A stretch of DNA of 64,000 nt from the human T2T-CHM13v2.0 reference genome, Homo sapiens (GCF_009914755.1 NC_060936.1), one strand, 5' to 3'; shown: positions 19,950-41,269, counted from the stretch's first letter. The notes: a model not told the origin generated them from the letters alone. Numbers and translations: made by a program.

Positions 19950-21700
19950 CTTCAATAAATGTTTATTGAGTACATATTATGAATTCATATAAAGACACTT
20001 ATTGAATGTTTCCTGTATGCTAGACACTGGGGATAAAATGGTGCTTTGTTCTCAAGATTATATTCTGTTATGCACTAGACTCTGCAAGGTACAGAGATGA
20101 AAGGACATGGAACCTGTCTTTAAGAAGTCTTCATCTAGTGGCTAGTCAGAAAGACAAAAATATAATGCATTTAGATAAATTGCTTGAATTAAAGTTTGTT
20201 TTGGGTTATTAGTAACAGATACTTCTAAGTTTCATCTGTAAACAGGAGGAAGATGTGATGGAGGAGGTAACTTTTGAGCACAGTATCAATAAGTTGTTTA
20301 CCAAATGGTCAAATTGGGAAGAAAGAGCAACATAGATATACTAAGATGTCAGAGTACAGCCTGTTTTAGAAATTTCAAGTACCTTGTTTCATTCTAGTTA
20401 TTGTTATAGCTACAATTTATAATACTAATGATAAAGGGTGCAGGAGTGGCCTAGGTAATTCTGGACAATACAAAAAGGTAGGTCATGAATGGCCTTGTAT
20501 GATATATAACAGTTTAATTATTGATCATTAAACAGAGATCCACTAAACAAATTTTAGCAGAGGAATATGATGACATCGTAATAAAAAAGTTGATTCTAGC
20601 AACAATGAGGAGGGATTTGATAAGTGGAACAGCTCAAGTTAGGGGAAGAAATAATGAGAGCTTGAAGTTTTACAATAGCAGTAAGGATGAAATGAGAGAA
20701 GAGAAGATTTAGATCTAGAATTGATAGTACTTGGTGATTGGTGATTAGTTAAGGGAGAAGGAAGAAATTGAGAAAGACCTAGATTTATTTATGATTTGAG
20801 TAAATGGGTAGTTGATGGGATTGTGCTACTGAACAAGATTGAAACCATAGGAGGAGGTGGCAGGAAAAAGGTTAACTGTCCATCAAAATCCATGTACCGT
20901 TTTTTTTGTAGAATGTACCCTTTTTAATAGAATAGAGCTGCCACCATGAAATGGCTTCCCAGCCAAGGAACATGTTTCCTAACCATCCATCCATGTACAT
21001 GTGGCCATATGGCTAGATCTCACTAATGAAATGTTCGGAGAAGTGATGTGCATCATTTTAGGTTAAGGCTTATAAGAAAAGGGAATTATTTTTCCATGCT
21101 GTCTTTCTTTGATGGCTAGATGGTAGTGAGGCCCCAAGGGATAATGGAGCCACAAGATGGAAAGGACTGGGTCTCTGAATCACTACATGGAGGAAAATTG
21201 CCTGCTTACCAGAAACACTCACTTTAGATTATTACACAAGAGAGAAATGATTGTGTTTGGCATTATACATTTTGTGATATACTTTTTAAAAACAATACCT
21301 AGCATCACTCTGATTCAGAGGAGGAGCAATTTCTGAGAGAGGTAAGTTTGACCCACTGAGCTCAAGTGAGGATCTTCTGAAAAACCTGTGATCTATGTGG
21401 AGATGTATAGTAGGCAATTATATATACAGGGCTTGAGGTGAGAAGAGATGTTTCAGCCTTTATGAATAGCAGATAATTGACTACATCCAAGTATATGATT
21501 CTCGAGAGAAAGTGTATAGAATAAGAACAAAAATTGTCAAATTCCTGAGAAGGCACATTTCAGGTTGGAGGGTATGAAGTAGAAGAGGAACCAGAAAAGG
21601 GGGCTGAGAATGAGCTACTAGAGAGGTTTGAGGAGTACTAGTGTCGTAGGAAAGAAAAAGGAGGAAAATGTGGTCAGTAGTGATGGAAGCTGTCCTGTTA
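19950..21700 (-). mobile_element. L2 remnants interrupted by an MLT1-type LTR (~20855-21320)
   Basis: L2 3'-end motif ttcaataaatgtttattgag; MLT1J-like gagccacaagatggaaaggactgggtctctgaatcac. Confidence 0.6.
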
Positions 21701-23980
21701 TTCCTTTAAATAATTCATATTTCCCCAAATATGAATAATATAGATGTATCCTCCCAAAAGATGAATTATCAACAGAATTTAATACTTCAAAAACAAATTC
21801 TGTTTGACCACACCTATGTCTAGAAAGCTGGCAGCTTGAATATAGCTAGAACTAGTCAAAAAAGAAAAAAGCCTATTGATGTAGCCCAAAGGGAATCAGG
21901 TGCTATGAGGAGTTCCTTGGGTAGAGCAGGTATGGGGACTTTAAATTGTGATGCCTGGCCATGGCCAAAGGTGCAGTGGAACCCTGACTAAAATTACGTT
22001 CTACCAGAGGGGCCAAGGCAAGAGTCACCAATGGGATGGAATGAAGGGGTAGGAGTAGAAAGAGGGCTGGGTTGCACCTGCCCACAGGTTAGGTAAAATT
22101 AAAACAGGTAGATTCTGCTGAGGAAGAATTGATGAAGAGACATACGGGCTAAAACAAGCAAACAGAACAAGCCTCTTGGATGGGGACATGTGGTGTTCTC
22201 AAGAGCCTTTGATGGGAGTGGGAGAGAATAGGAAAGAACAAAGTATTAGAGGAGTGTAATTATTTAATTTTAAAGGTTTAGTAGAGGAATAAAGTTAAAA
22301 TACAATTGTTAACATGGGAACGTATTCACCAGAGAAGTGGAGACGTGGAAGAACAAAATTCAAGAGTGATGATGTCACACTAGGAAACCGGATCAAGATG
22401 GGAAGAAATGAAATAGCAATTCTATATACAGTGTTAAAAATGAAACCCACTTAGCAATTAACATATTGAATATGATAGCAATTAACATATTGAATATGAA
22501 TTAATATATTGAATATGAATTCTTTTCAAGATTCAAAGAATATCAAATTATGAAGAAAAAATCAATATAGGTTATAAGCAACGTATCTAGAATATAATAA
22601 AGGTTGAAAGCAAACAGATAGCAAAATACATACATTAAGAAAACATATATACTATTGGAGCAAAGACCATATAAATGCAATAAAAAGCCCATTCGGAAAA
22701 GAGAAAAATAGGAGATGCAGATTTTCTGATCCATAGCAAGGCTTGCCATCCTGGAGGATGGAGGACATTTGTGAATAACTTAGTGTCTTGTCCTTTAGGA
22801 AGATCTTTGCTGTCCTTCTCAAACAGATCTGAAGTAGGTATTGGAGTGCAGGCCTGCCGTGGGGTCTACATAGCTTTCTTGAAAGTTTTGTGTTCTTCTT
22901 GCAAGTTTGGGGCTTGAATGTGTCATGACTTGAAGAGAAAAGATTTTTAAATGATAAGATAGAGGGGTTAGGGAAGGGGCTCTGCTCCATGTAGTTATTC
23001 AGGCCCTAAACTGGTGGCTCCCAGTTTATTGTTACCAGAGAGAAGAAAGGAAAAGGAAGTGGAGGATTGTGGGGAAGATTTTTATGGACCAGGACCGGCA
23101 GTAGTTTACGTTACTTCTGCCTATGACCAGAACTTATGTAACATGTCTAAACCAATTCCAAGGGAGGCCGGGAAATACAGTCTAGCTGTATGTCCAAGAA
23201 AAAGGGAGTCAGGTTTGGGAAGCAGCTAGACAATTTCTCCTTTATTTTATATATCTAAAATTCTATATCCTACCAACAGAGAATGTATAGAAAAAAATTT
23301 TTATAAGCCCATGATACGTATGCAAACATAATTCATATAGTAAGCCATAAAGAAAATCTAAGACATTTATTTAAGGAGAGATTCATGGGTACATTCTCTA
23401 ATCAAAATTTGATAAAATTGAAATCAACTAAAAAGAGATACTTAACTTCCCTTAACATCCTGGAAATAAAGAAACACTCAGGGTTCGTTTGCTTTGTTAG
23501 AGAAAGGAAATGAAAATAAAGTACAAATTACATAGAAAGTGATGGAAACCAAAACCAATAGTGTGTTCTGTAGAAAGTTATACCTCTAAGAGCTTTTATT
23601 ATTTAAAAAACCTGATAATAAACGACTGATGATCTAACTTAGGAAATTAAATAAAGAATAACAAATTTCCAAATTGCCTTAATATGTTTGTCTTTCTTCA
23701 GCTGCATTTACTATGATTACCTGAAGCTTTTCCTTTTTCTCAGTAATTCATTTCTTGGCAAGTGTCTATTCTGTTGCTTGTTGTTTTTTAACGAATTTAA
23801 ATTTCATTTTATTGTTTACCACAGGCTAATTTTTCTTTGTGGTTTAAAAATAAACCATGTTGAACTGAAGTAATGTAAAAGAAAAGTACTATAAAATGAA
23901 TTGGTAGTGTAAATAAGGTAGATATAAGTGAATATTATTATGTATACTTAGGAATTGTTAACATTTTGGTTTTCTCCTAG

Positions 23981-24044
23981 ATTCTGATGGAAGAAGGAGG
24001 AATATATTCTTTAAAAAGCAAGCGAATATCTACTAAGAAAATCT
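23981..24044 (+). CDS. REDIC1: REDIC1 coding exon (64 nt)
   Basis: Acceptor ttttctcctAG; ILMEEGGIYSLKSKRISTKKI; donor GTCAGT at 24045. Confidence 0.9.
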
Positions 24045-24229
24045 GTCAGTATAACTGTATAAGTTAATTTTACTCTATTTTAAAAACTAACAATTAAATA
24101 GAAATCAGTTAAATTTGAAGTGATTTTTTAGATGTTTGCCAACAAATATATATCATGGATATTTTAGTACTACTAATGCAATTGACTCGTTAAAATTACT
24201 TTTATATTTTATTAAATATACATGAGTAC

Positions 24230-26115
24230 ATTAATGTATAGGTACAGTTTAGCAAATAAGAATAAAACAGATAACCCTCATACTCCCTAGGTAGCTTAAG
24301 AAACAATACATAATACTTTTGAAGATTTCTTCAATTGTATTTCATATCCTGCCCTCTAGAGGTAACTATTTCCTTGAATTTGTTTTTTGTTATAACACAG
24401 ACTTTTTAACTGCTTTATTTTGAACTTTCTATATATTGATCCAACTCTATATATTTTTCTGCAACTTGCTTTTTTTTTCACCCAATATTATATTTTACAG
24501 TTCATCTGCTTTGATACTTGTAGCTCTAGTACATTTATTATTTTTCCTGCTATACAGCATTCTACTGTATGAATATATCACAATTTATGTATCTTCTAAC
24601 AATGGATATTTAGGTTATTTTGAATATTTTGCTTACGTTGTTTTGAATATTTTCCTATGAAGAACAATGCTACTTGGAGTATTGTTGACATTTTTCCTTG
24701 CACACATGTATAAAAAGTTTCTCTAGGATATATTTCTAGGAGTAGAATTGCTAGTTCATATGATATGCACTTCTTTGCATCTTCAAGGTAATGCAAAATT
24801 ATTTTCCTAAATGGTTATTCCAGTTGTACCCCTCTTAGCAAGGGATAACAGTCTTGGTTGTTACATGTTTTCACCAACAATATCTCAGTCTTTTATCATT
24901 ATTGGTAATCTGATAGCTCATTGTAGTTCTAATTTATATTTCTCTGATTACTAATTAGGTTAATTGGCCATCAATGTTTCATTTATGAAATGTCATTTGC
25001 TCATGTTCCTTTTCTGAAGTTTGGTTTTCTTTATGGAATGTGTCTTTAATATGTCTATATCTCCTATATATATTTTATGTGTCCTGGATACTGACTGCTT
25101 GTAGGCTTGTGTGTAGCAAATACTTCATGTTTGAGTGATCTTTTAATTCTGTACTGTCTTTTTACAGACAAAGTTTCATGTCGATCTGGTACTCTTTTAG
25201 GTATTCTATGCTAGCATAGTCCTTCATGTTATCTAGTCTGATGGAATACCTTGAAACCTTTAATGATTTAATTTTTTGAATATGTAAAATACTAGTCTGG
25301 TTTCTATCCTTATCCTCCCTGCCCTATTTCCTTCTGCAACATGAGTATTTTTTTTTTTTTCTGCTTTCTGGTTTCTCATTCCAGTCCATTTTTAAAAAAA
25401 TAAATCCTAAAAATATATAAACACGTAAATACCCATGAGTCTTAGTTTCCAGCCTTTCTCATTCTAAATGTAATATAGAATATTTTATAAAAGAATTAAG
25501 TGAATTTATTTATTTAATAAAATATTCCTATAGATTCCTCTGTGTTAGTGCTAGGTATTTCTTCATCCTTATGACCATTTAGTAGTCCATTACATGCATG
25601 AACTGTAGTTTTTTCAGTCAATGCCCTATTGATGGACATTTGGGCTATTTCCAGTATATTTTTCTTACAAATACTGTAAGTGAACAATTTTGTACAATGT
25701 TTCTTATTTGTGGAGGTTCATTTTCAGGGTAATTTCTGGGAGTGGCATTGTTAAGTTAAAGGAGAAATATGCTGGTATTTGATGGATATTGCTGAATTTC
25801 AATTTTGATATATATATATTTCCAAGTTCCTTGTGTCACCATTTGGCACCAATAGCAATGTACATTTTATTCCACAGCCTCACCAACAGGGATTGTGGTC
25901 AAACTTAGGAATTTTTCTGAATCTCACAGGGGGACGGATAGATAGAAGTTTTAGTTTGCGCTTCGCTCTGTGTGAAGTTGAGCATCTTTTAAAAATGCTC
26001 ATTGGCTATTTGCGATTCTTTTTCTGTGAATTCTCTATTATATCTTTTGCCCCCTTGGGTTTTGGCATTTTTTTTCTTGGTATTTAAGGGATCCTTATAT
26101 ATTAGAAAGATGTAG
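24230..26115 (-). mobile_element. Ancient L1M (ME/MC-type) fragments; continues at ~40245-41200
   Basis: Degenerate antisense L1 ORF2/3' sequence that resumes colinearly after the L1MA insertion. Confidence 0.6.
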
Positions 26116-28188
26116 ATGAGGGGTGGAACAAGATGGCTGAATAGAAGACACCCACTGCAAGCACACCAATTTAACAACTATCTACACACAAAAAAACACC
26201 TTCCTAAGAACTGCATAAGAGCACTCATAGTACCTGGTTTTAACTTTATATCACTGAAAGAGGCACTGAACAGGTAGGAAAAACAGTCTTGAGTCACTGA
26301 CGCCACCCTTCCTCCATTCCCTGGGAGTGGCGACATGGTGCGGAGAGTGATTCTGTGTACTGGGGAGAGGGACAGTCAGTGCAGCAGTTTTGAGGCATTG
26401 AACTCAGCACTATCTTGTTATAACAGAAAGCAAAATTGGACCAAACTCAGCTGATGCCTACCCATGGAGGGAATATTTAAACCAGCCCTAACCAGAGAGG
26501 AATTGCTGATCCTAGTGGTCAATACTTGAGTTTGCATAAGCCCTCCTATTATGGGCTAAAGTGCTCTGGTGCTCTAAGTAAATTTGAAAGGCAGTCTAGG
26601 CCACAAGGACTGCAACTCCTAGGTGAGTCCTAGTGCTGAACTAGGCCCAGAGACCATGGACTGGGGGTGGCACGTGTTCTATTCACCAGCTGGGGCAGCT
26701 AAGGGAGTGTGGCAATCACCCCTCCCGTAACCCAGACCACTCAGCTTGCAGCTCCAAAATAGACCCCTTCCCTCTGCTTGAGGAGAGGAGAAGGAATAGT
26801 GGGGAGGACTTTATCTTACATCCTGGATACCAGATTAGCCACAGTAAGATAGGGCACTGGTCAGAGTCATGATGCCCCCTTTCCAGGCCCTAGCTCCAAG
26901 ATGACATTTCTAGACACTCCTTGGGTGAGAAGGACACCTATATCCTTGAAGGGAAGGACCCAATCCTGGCAAGATTCATCACCTGCTAACTGAGGAGCCC
27001 TGGGGCCCTGAATAACCATCAGTGATGCCCAGGGACTGCATTGAGGGCCTTGGGTGAGACTCTGATACTTGGTGGCATCAGGTGGGCCTGAGTACATTTC
27101 CAGCTGTGATGGCTATAGGACAAGACTTTTCACTTGAAAAAAGCAGAGAGAAAAGTAAAGGGGACTTTGTCTTGCACCTTAGGTACCAGCACAGTCATGG
27201 GGGTAGAATACCAAGTAGGCTCTTGGGGTCCCCAATTCCAGGACTTGGCTCTTGGATGGCATTTCTGGACCTGCCCTGGACCAGAGGGGAGCCTCCTGCC
27301 CTGAAGAGTGACTCGCAGCCTAGGCATCATTCACCACAAGCTGACTGAAGAACCCTTGGGTCTTAAGGGAACATCACTGGTACTCTGGCAGTACTCCCTG
27401 TAGGCCTGGGTTGTGATGGCCATGGGGTGAGGTTCATCTGCCTTTGGAAAGGGAAGGGTGGGAAGGACTGTGTCTTGTGGTTTGAATGTAAGCTCAGCCC
27501 CAGTAAAATAGAATACCAGGTAGACTGCTAAGGTTTTTTATTGTAGTCCCTGACTCCCAGTTCTGAGACAGCACTTCTGGATCCACCTGGGGCCTGGGGG
27601 AACTTGACACCCTGAAGGGAAGGACACAGGCCTGGCTAGCTTTGCCACCTGCTGATTGCAGAGCCCTAGGGCCTTGAGAAAGCATAGGCAGTAGCCAGGT
27701 AGTGGTTACAGTGGACTTTGGTTAAGACCCAGTGCTGTGCTGTTTAACATCTGACCAAGCACAATCCTGATGGTCATGGCCATGGGGATGCTATGTCCCT
27801 CCACCCTTAGCTTCAGATGGCTGAGAACAGAGAGAGAGACTGTTCATTTGGAAGAAAGTAAGGGCAGTGACAAGAGTCTCTGCTTGGTAATTCAGAACAT
27901 TTTCCCAGATATTGTCTAAGACAATCAAGGCAGTATGTCTACAAGTCTGCAAGAACCACAGCATTACTGGGCCTGGGGTGCCCCTATAGCAGATACAGCT
28001 TAGGTCTCAACACCCAAGTCCTTTTTGAATTCCTGGAAAGCATTCCCAAGATGGATGAGAACAAGCCCAGACTGTGAAGACTGCAATAAATAGCTAACTC
28101 TTCAGTGCCCAGGTACAAACAAACATCTACAAGCAGCAAGACCATCCAGGAAAGTGACTTCACCAGATGAACTAAATAACGCACCAAG

Positions 28189-28636
<448 letters not shown>

Positions 28637-31065
28637 TCAGACAAATTTAACAAAGAGATTGAAATAATTAAAAAGAATCAAGCACAAATTCTAGAGCTGA
28701 AAAATGCAATTGACATATTGAAGAATGCATTAGAATCTTAACAGCAGAACTGATCAAGCAGCACAAAGAATTAGTGAGCTTGAAAGCAGACAATTTGAAA
28801 ATACACAGTCAGAGGAGACAAAAGAAAAAATAAAAAAGAATGAAGTATGCCTACAGGATCTAGAAAATAGCCTCAAGAGGGCAAATCTAAGAGTGGTTAT
28901 TGGCCTTTTACCTCCCAAGAGAAACATATCAATATCCAAGTATAAGAAGGTTATAGAACACCTAGCAGATTTAACCCAAAGAAGACTACCTCAAGGCATT
29001 TAATAAACTCCTAAAGATCAAGAATAAAGAAAGGATGCTAAAAGCGGCAAGAGAAAAGAAACAAGTAACATACAATGGAGCTGCAATACGTCTGGGAGCA
29101 GACTTTGCAGTGGAAGCCTTACAAGCCGAGAGAGTGGCATGACATATTTAAAGTGCTGAAGGAAGAAACCTTTTACCCTAAAATAGTATATCCAGCAAAA
29201 ATCTCCCTCAAACATGAAGTAGAAATAAAGACTTCCTAGACAAACAAAAGCTGAGGGATTATCAACACCAGACCTGTTCTGCAAGAAAATACTAAAAGGA
29301 GTACTTCAGTCAGAAAGCAAATAAAGTTAATGAGCAAGAAGAAATCATCTGAAGGTACAAAACTCACTGATAATAATAAGTACACAGAAAAACGAAATAT
29401 AACACTGTAAATGTGTGTAAACTACTCATATCTGAAGTAGAAACACTAAATGATGAACTAGTCAAAAATAATAACTATATCAGCTTTTCAAGCCATAGAG
29501 TATAAAAGATATATATAGAAACAACAGAGAGTTAAAAAGCAAGGGAATGAAGTTAAGGGGTAGAGTTTTTATTAGTTTTCTTTGCTCATTTTTTTATGCA
29601 AACAATTAAGTTGTTATCAGCTTAAAATCATGAGTTCTAAGATTGTATTTCCAAGCCTTATGAAAAACTCAAACCCAAATCATACAACAGATACACAAAA
29701 AATAAAAAGTAAGAAAATAAATTATGTCACCAGAGAAAATCAGCTTTACTAAAAGGAAGACAAGAAGGAAGGAAAGACGAAATGACCACAAAACGGCCAA
29801 AAAACAGATAACAAAATAGCAGCAGTAAGTCTTTACTTATCAATAATGACTTTGACTGTCAATGGATTAAGCTCTCCAATCAAAAGATATAGAGTGGCTG
29901 AATGGATAAAAAATAAAACCCAATGATCTGTTGCCTATAAGAAACACATTTCACCTATAAAGACACAAATAGACAGAAAATAAAGGGATGGAAAAAGATA
30001 TTCCAAGCCAATAGAAACCAAAAAAGAGCAAGAGTAGCTACACGTATATTAGACAAATTTCAAGACAAAAATTATAAGAGACAAAAGAAGGTCATTATAA
30101 TTCCTGATGCAACCTAATGAAACTTAATCCCTAATGCAACAGTGTTAAGAGATGAGACCATTAAAGAGGTAGTTAGGCCATGAGTGCTCCATCCTCATGA
30201 AGGGGGTCAATTCAGAAAGAGGATATAACAATTTTAAATATATATGCACCCAACACTGAAGCACCCAGATACATAAAGCAAATATTATTAGAGTGAAAGA
30301 GGAAGAGACACACTCCCAATACGATAATAGTTGGAGACTTCAACATTCCTCTTTCAGCATTAGACAGATCTTCCAGAAAGAACACTGATGAAAAACCAGA
30401 CTTCATCTGTACTATAGATCAAATGGACCTAAAAGATATTTACAGAACATTTCATCCAGTAGCTACAGAATAGACATTCTTTTCCTCAGCACATGGATCA
30501 TTCTCAAAGATAGACATACGTTAGGCAACAAAACAAGTCTTAAAACATTTTTAAAAATTGAAATGATATCAAATATCTTTTCTAACTACAATGGAATAAA
30601 ACTAGAAATAATGAGGAATTTTGGGAACTATACAAATACATGAAAATTAAACAGTATGCACCTGAATGACCAGTGGGTCAATGAAGAAATTAAGAATGAA
30701 ATTGAAAAATTCCTTGAAACAAATGATAATTGAAACACAATATACCAAAACCTGTGGGATACAGCAAAAGCAGTACTAAGAGGGAAGTTCGTAGCTCTAA
30801 AAGTCTACATCAAAAAAGAAGAAAAACCACAAATAAACACCTTAGCTATATATCTTAAAGAACTAGAACGGCAAGAACAAACCAAACCCAAAATTAGTAG
30901 CAGAAAATAAATAATAAGGACTAGAGCAGAAATAAATGACATTGAAATGAAGCAAACAGTACAAAGTATCAATGAAAAAAAGTTGGTTTTTGAAAAATTA
31001 AACAAAATTGACAAACATTTATCTAGACTAAGAAAAAAAGAAGATGTAAATAAATAAAATCAGAG

Positions 31066-37024
<5,959 letters not shown>

Positions 37025-40000
37025 AAATAAATAAAATCAGAGATGAAAAAGGAACATAATAGCTTATAACAGGAATTCAAAGGATCATTCGTGGGTGCTA
37101 TGAATGACTACATGCCAATAAGTTGGAAAATCTAGAAGAAAAGGACAAATTCCTAGACACACACAATTTACCAAGATTGAACCATGAAGAAATCCAAAAC
37201 CTGAACAGTCCAATAACGAGTAACTAGATTGAAGTTGTAATAAAAAGTCTCCCAGGAAATAAAGCCTGGGACTTGAAGGCTTCACTGCTGAATTCTACAA
37301 AACATGTAACGAAGAACTAATACCAGTCCTACTAAAAATATTCTGAAAAATGGAGGATGAGGGACTACTTCCAAACCCATTCTACAAGGCAATGTATTAA
37401 CCTGATACCAAAACCAGACAAAGACATCAAGAAAAGAAAACTACTGATCAGTGTCTCTGATGAATATTGATGCAAAAATCTTCAACAAAATACTAGCAAA
37501 CAGGATTCAACAGTATATTTAAAAGATTATTCATTATGACCAAGTGGGATTTATCCCTGGGATACAAGAATGGTTCAAGATACACAAATCAATCAGTGTG
37601 ATACATCATAATAACAGAATGAAGGACAAGAAACATATGAACATTTCAATTGATGCTGAAAAAGCATTTGATAAAATTTAACATCCCTTCATGGTAAAAA
37701 CCTTCAAAAAATGAATATAGAAGGAACATAACTCAATATAATAACAGCCATGTATGACAGACCCACAGCTACTATTTTACTTAATGGGGAAGAACTGAAA
37801 GGCTTTCCTCTAAGATATAGAACATGACAAGTATGCCCACTTTCATTTTTATTCAACATAGTACTCTAAGTTCTACTGGAAGTTCTATCTAGAGCATGAG
37901 ACAAGAGAAAGAAATAAAGGGCATCCAAATTGGAAAGAAAGAAGTCAAATTATCCTTGTTTGCCAATGATGTGGTCTTATATTTAGAAAAACCAAAAGAC
38001 GCCATAAAAAACCTATTAGAATTGATAAAATCAATAAAGTTGCAGCAGGCAAAATCAACATGCAAAAATCAGTAGCATTTTTATATGCCAACAGTGAACA
38101 GTCTGAAAAAAATTTTTAAAGTAGTTCCATTTACAGTAGCCACAAATAAAGTTAAGTACCTAGGAATTAACCAAGGAAGTGAAAGAGCTCAATAATAAAG
38201 AGTATAAAACACTAATGAAAGACTTTGAAGAGGACACCAAAACATGGAAAGATATTCCCTGTTCATGGATTAGAAGAATCAATATTGTTTAAAATGTCCA
38301 TACTACCCTAAGCAATCTATTCAATGCAATCACTATCAAAATACCAATGACATTATTAACAGAAATTGAAAAACCAATTCCAAAATGTATATGGAACCAT
38401 AAAAGACCAAGAATAGCCTAAGTTATCCTAAGCAAAACAAACAAAACTGAAGGAATAGCATTCTCTTACTTCAAATTATACTACAGAACTATAGTAACCA
38501 AAACAGCATGAGAAGTATAGTAACCAAAACAGCATGAGAACTATAGTAACCAAAACAGCATGGTACCAGCATAAAACAGACACATAGACCAATGGAACAG
38601 AATAGAGAACCCAGAAACAATTCCACACATTTCCAGTGAACTCATTTTTGATAGAGGTGCCAAGAACATGCACTGGGAAAAGACAGTCTCTTCAATGAAT
38701 GCTGCAGCGAAAACTGGTATCTGTATGCAGAAGAATGAAACTAGACCCCTGTCTCTCACCATATACAAAAATCAAATCAAAATGGATTAAAGACTTAAAT
38801 CTAAGACTTTGAACTATGGAACTACCACAAGAAAACACTAAGGAAATTCCCCAGGACATTCCTTTGGGTAAAAATTTCTTGAGTAATAACAAGCATAGGG
38901 AACCAAAGCAAAAATGGACAAACAGGATCACATCAGACAAACAGGATCACATCAAGTTAAAAAACTTCTATACAATAAAGGAAACAATCAATAAAGAGAC
39001 AACCCACAATGGGAGAAAATATTTGCAAATTACCTATCTGGCAAGGGATTAATATAATGTATAAGGAGTTCAAACAACTGTATAGGAAAAAATCTAATAA
39101 TCTCAATAAGAAATAGGCCAAATATTTGAATAGACATTTCTCAAAAGAGACATACACATGGCAAAGGGGCATATGAAAGGATGCTCAACATCACTGATCA
39201 TCAAAGAAATGCAAATCAAAAGTACAATTGGATATGATATCACCTCGTTTAAAATGACTTATATCCCAAAGACAGGCAATTACAAACGCTGATGAGGATA
39301 TGGAGAAAGGGAACCCTTATACACTACCAATGGTAACATAAATTAGTACAACCACTATGGAGAATAGTTTGGAGGTTCCTCAAAAAACTAAAAATAGAGC
39401 TACCATATGATCAAGCATCCCACTGCTGGATATATACCCAAAAGAAAGGAAATCAGTATATTAAAGAGCTATCTCCACTCCCATGTTTGTTGCAGCACTG
39501 TTCACAATATCCAAGATTTGGAAGCAACCTAAGTGTCCATCAACAAATGAATCACTAAACAAAATGTGTTAATTAAACACAATCTAATAATCTATACATA
39601 ATCTAATAATGATAATTATCATTGTTTTATAATGTTTAATTTCTTGAGAAGTTACACCTCCTTGCATTTTTTAAAAAGTTTTTTTCTGGTTATTCTTGAT
39701 TACTTTTTCATATAACCTTTAAAATCAACTTGCCTAACTCCAGAAAATAGCATAAAAAAAGAATGATCCTGTCATTTGCAACAACATGGATGGAACTGGA
39801 GGTTATGTTAAGTGAAACAAGCCAGGCACAGAAAGACAAACAACACATGTTCTCACTTATTTATGGAATCTAAAATCAAAGCAATTGAACTCATGGAAAT
39901 AAGAGGGTAGAAGAATGGTTACTAGAGGCTAGGAAAGGTAGTTGTGGGGTTGGGAGGGTGGTGATAGTTAATGGATACAAAAAATTCAATTAGAAAGAAT

Positions 40001-41269
40001 GAATAAGATCTAGTATTTGCTAGCACAACAGGGTAGCTATAGTGAATAAAAATTGAATTGTACATTTTCAAATAATGAAAACAATGTAATTAGATGATTT
40101 GTAACCCAAAGAATCAGTGCTTTGGGGGATGAACACTCCAGTTTTCATGTGATTATTATACATTGTATCCTTGTATCAAAACATCTCATGTGCCCCATAA
40201 ATATATATGCCTACTATGTATCCACAAAAATTAAAAAGTAATAACATGTATGTTTTGCTATGTGGCAAATGTTTTCTTCTAGTTTAATATTGGTTTTTGA
40301 TTTATTTTGTTTAGTCTTTGCATATAGTGTCTCTTGCTTTGCAGAAGACTTATCTTCTTTATGTAGTTAAATTGATCAATTTTTTCTTTTATTTCTGGGT
40401 TTAGACTCTCCAGACTCTTCACACTTCCAAGTTACAAATGAACTTACCATATTTTCTTCTAGTACTAATATGCTTTTTAAAATTTAGTTCTTTAATCCAT
40501 TTGGAGTTTAAGTTGACTTAAGGCATGAGGTTTCTATCAGTCCAAGTTTTAAAAATACTTCTTTTCCCTAGGTATTTGTGATATTACCTTTTTTATATAA
40601 TAACTTTCCATATGTAGCTGACCTATTTTGTGGCTTTCTTGTTTCATTGATCTTTCCTAATCTTCATGTGCCAATACCATACCGCTTTTATTATCTTTTT
40701 ATAAATGTTTAATTTCTTGAAGAATTATATGCCTCTTTGCACTTTTTAAAAAGTTTTTTCCTGGTTATTCTTGGATTGTTTTTCCATATAACCTTTAAAA
40801 TAAACTTGCTTAAGTCCAAAAGAAAAGTTTTAATTTTTACTGGGAAACTGTTAACTGTATGTGTTAGTTTAGTATGAAGTATTATCTTTATAATGTTGAG
40901 TAGTCCTGTCTGAGAACATAAGATGTCCTTTCATTAGTTCAGTCTAGTTTTTTACATTTAGTAGTTGCGTAAAATACCTTTAAGCACTTTCCCGAAGTTT
41001 TCCTCACATAGATTCTGCATGTTTCTTGTTAGATTTATCTGTAGTGCTTTCTGATACCCAAACACACACACACAGCTACTTTAGCATGAATATACATCCT
41101 GTGTTTCTATATTAAGTAAGATTCTGGATTTGGGGCTTAGACTTATGTGTTTTTTTTTTTTTATTTTGCCAATAGCTTTTTTTTCTTGTGAGGTACTTTT
41201 GATGAATCAGTAATTTGGGAGAGAGTGATTCTTAGCATCTATGGGAATTATTAATTTTTATTCATATGT

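Noticed and set aside
38485-38562. CRISPR-like direct repeats (also 59482-59545, 16227-16268, 22452-22520)
   Set aside because: Head-to-tail duplications with no spacers and no cas genes, in human DNA.
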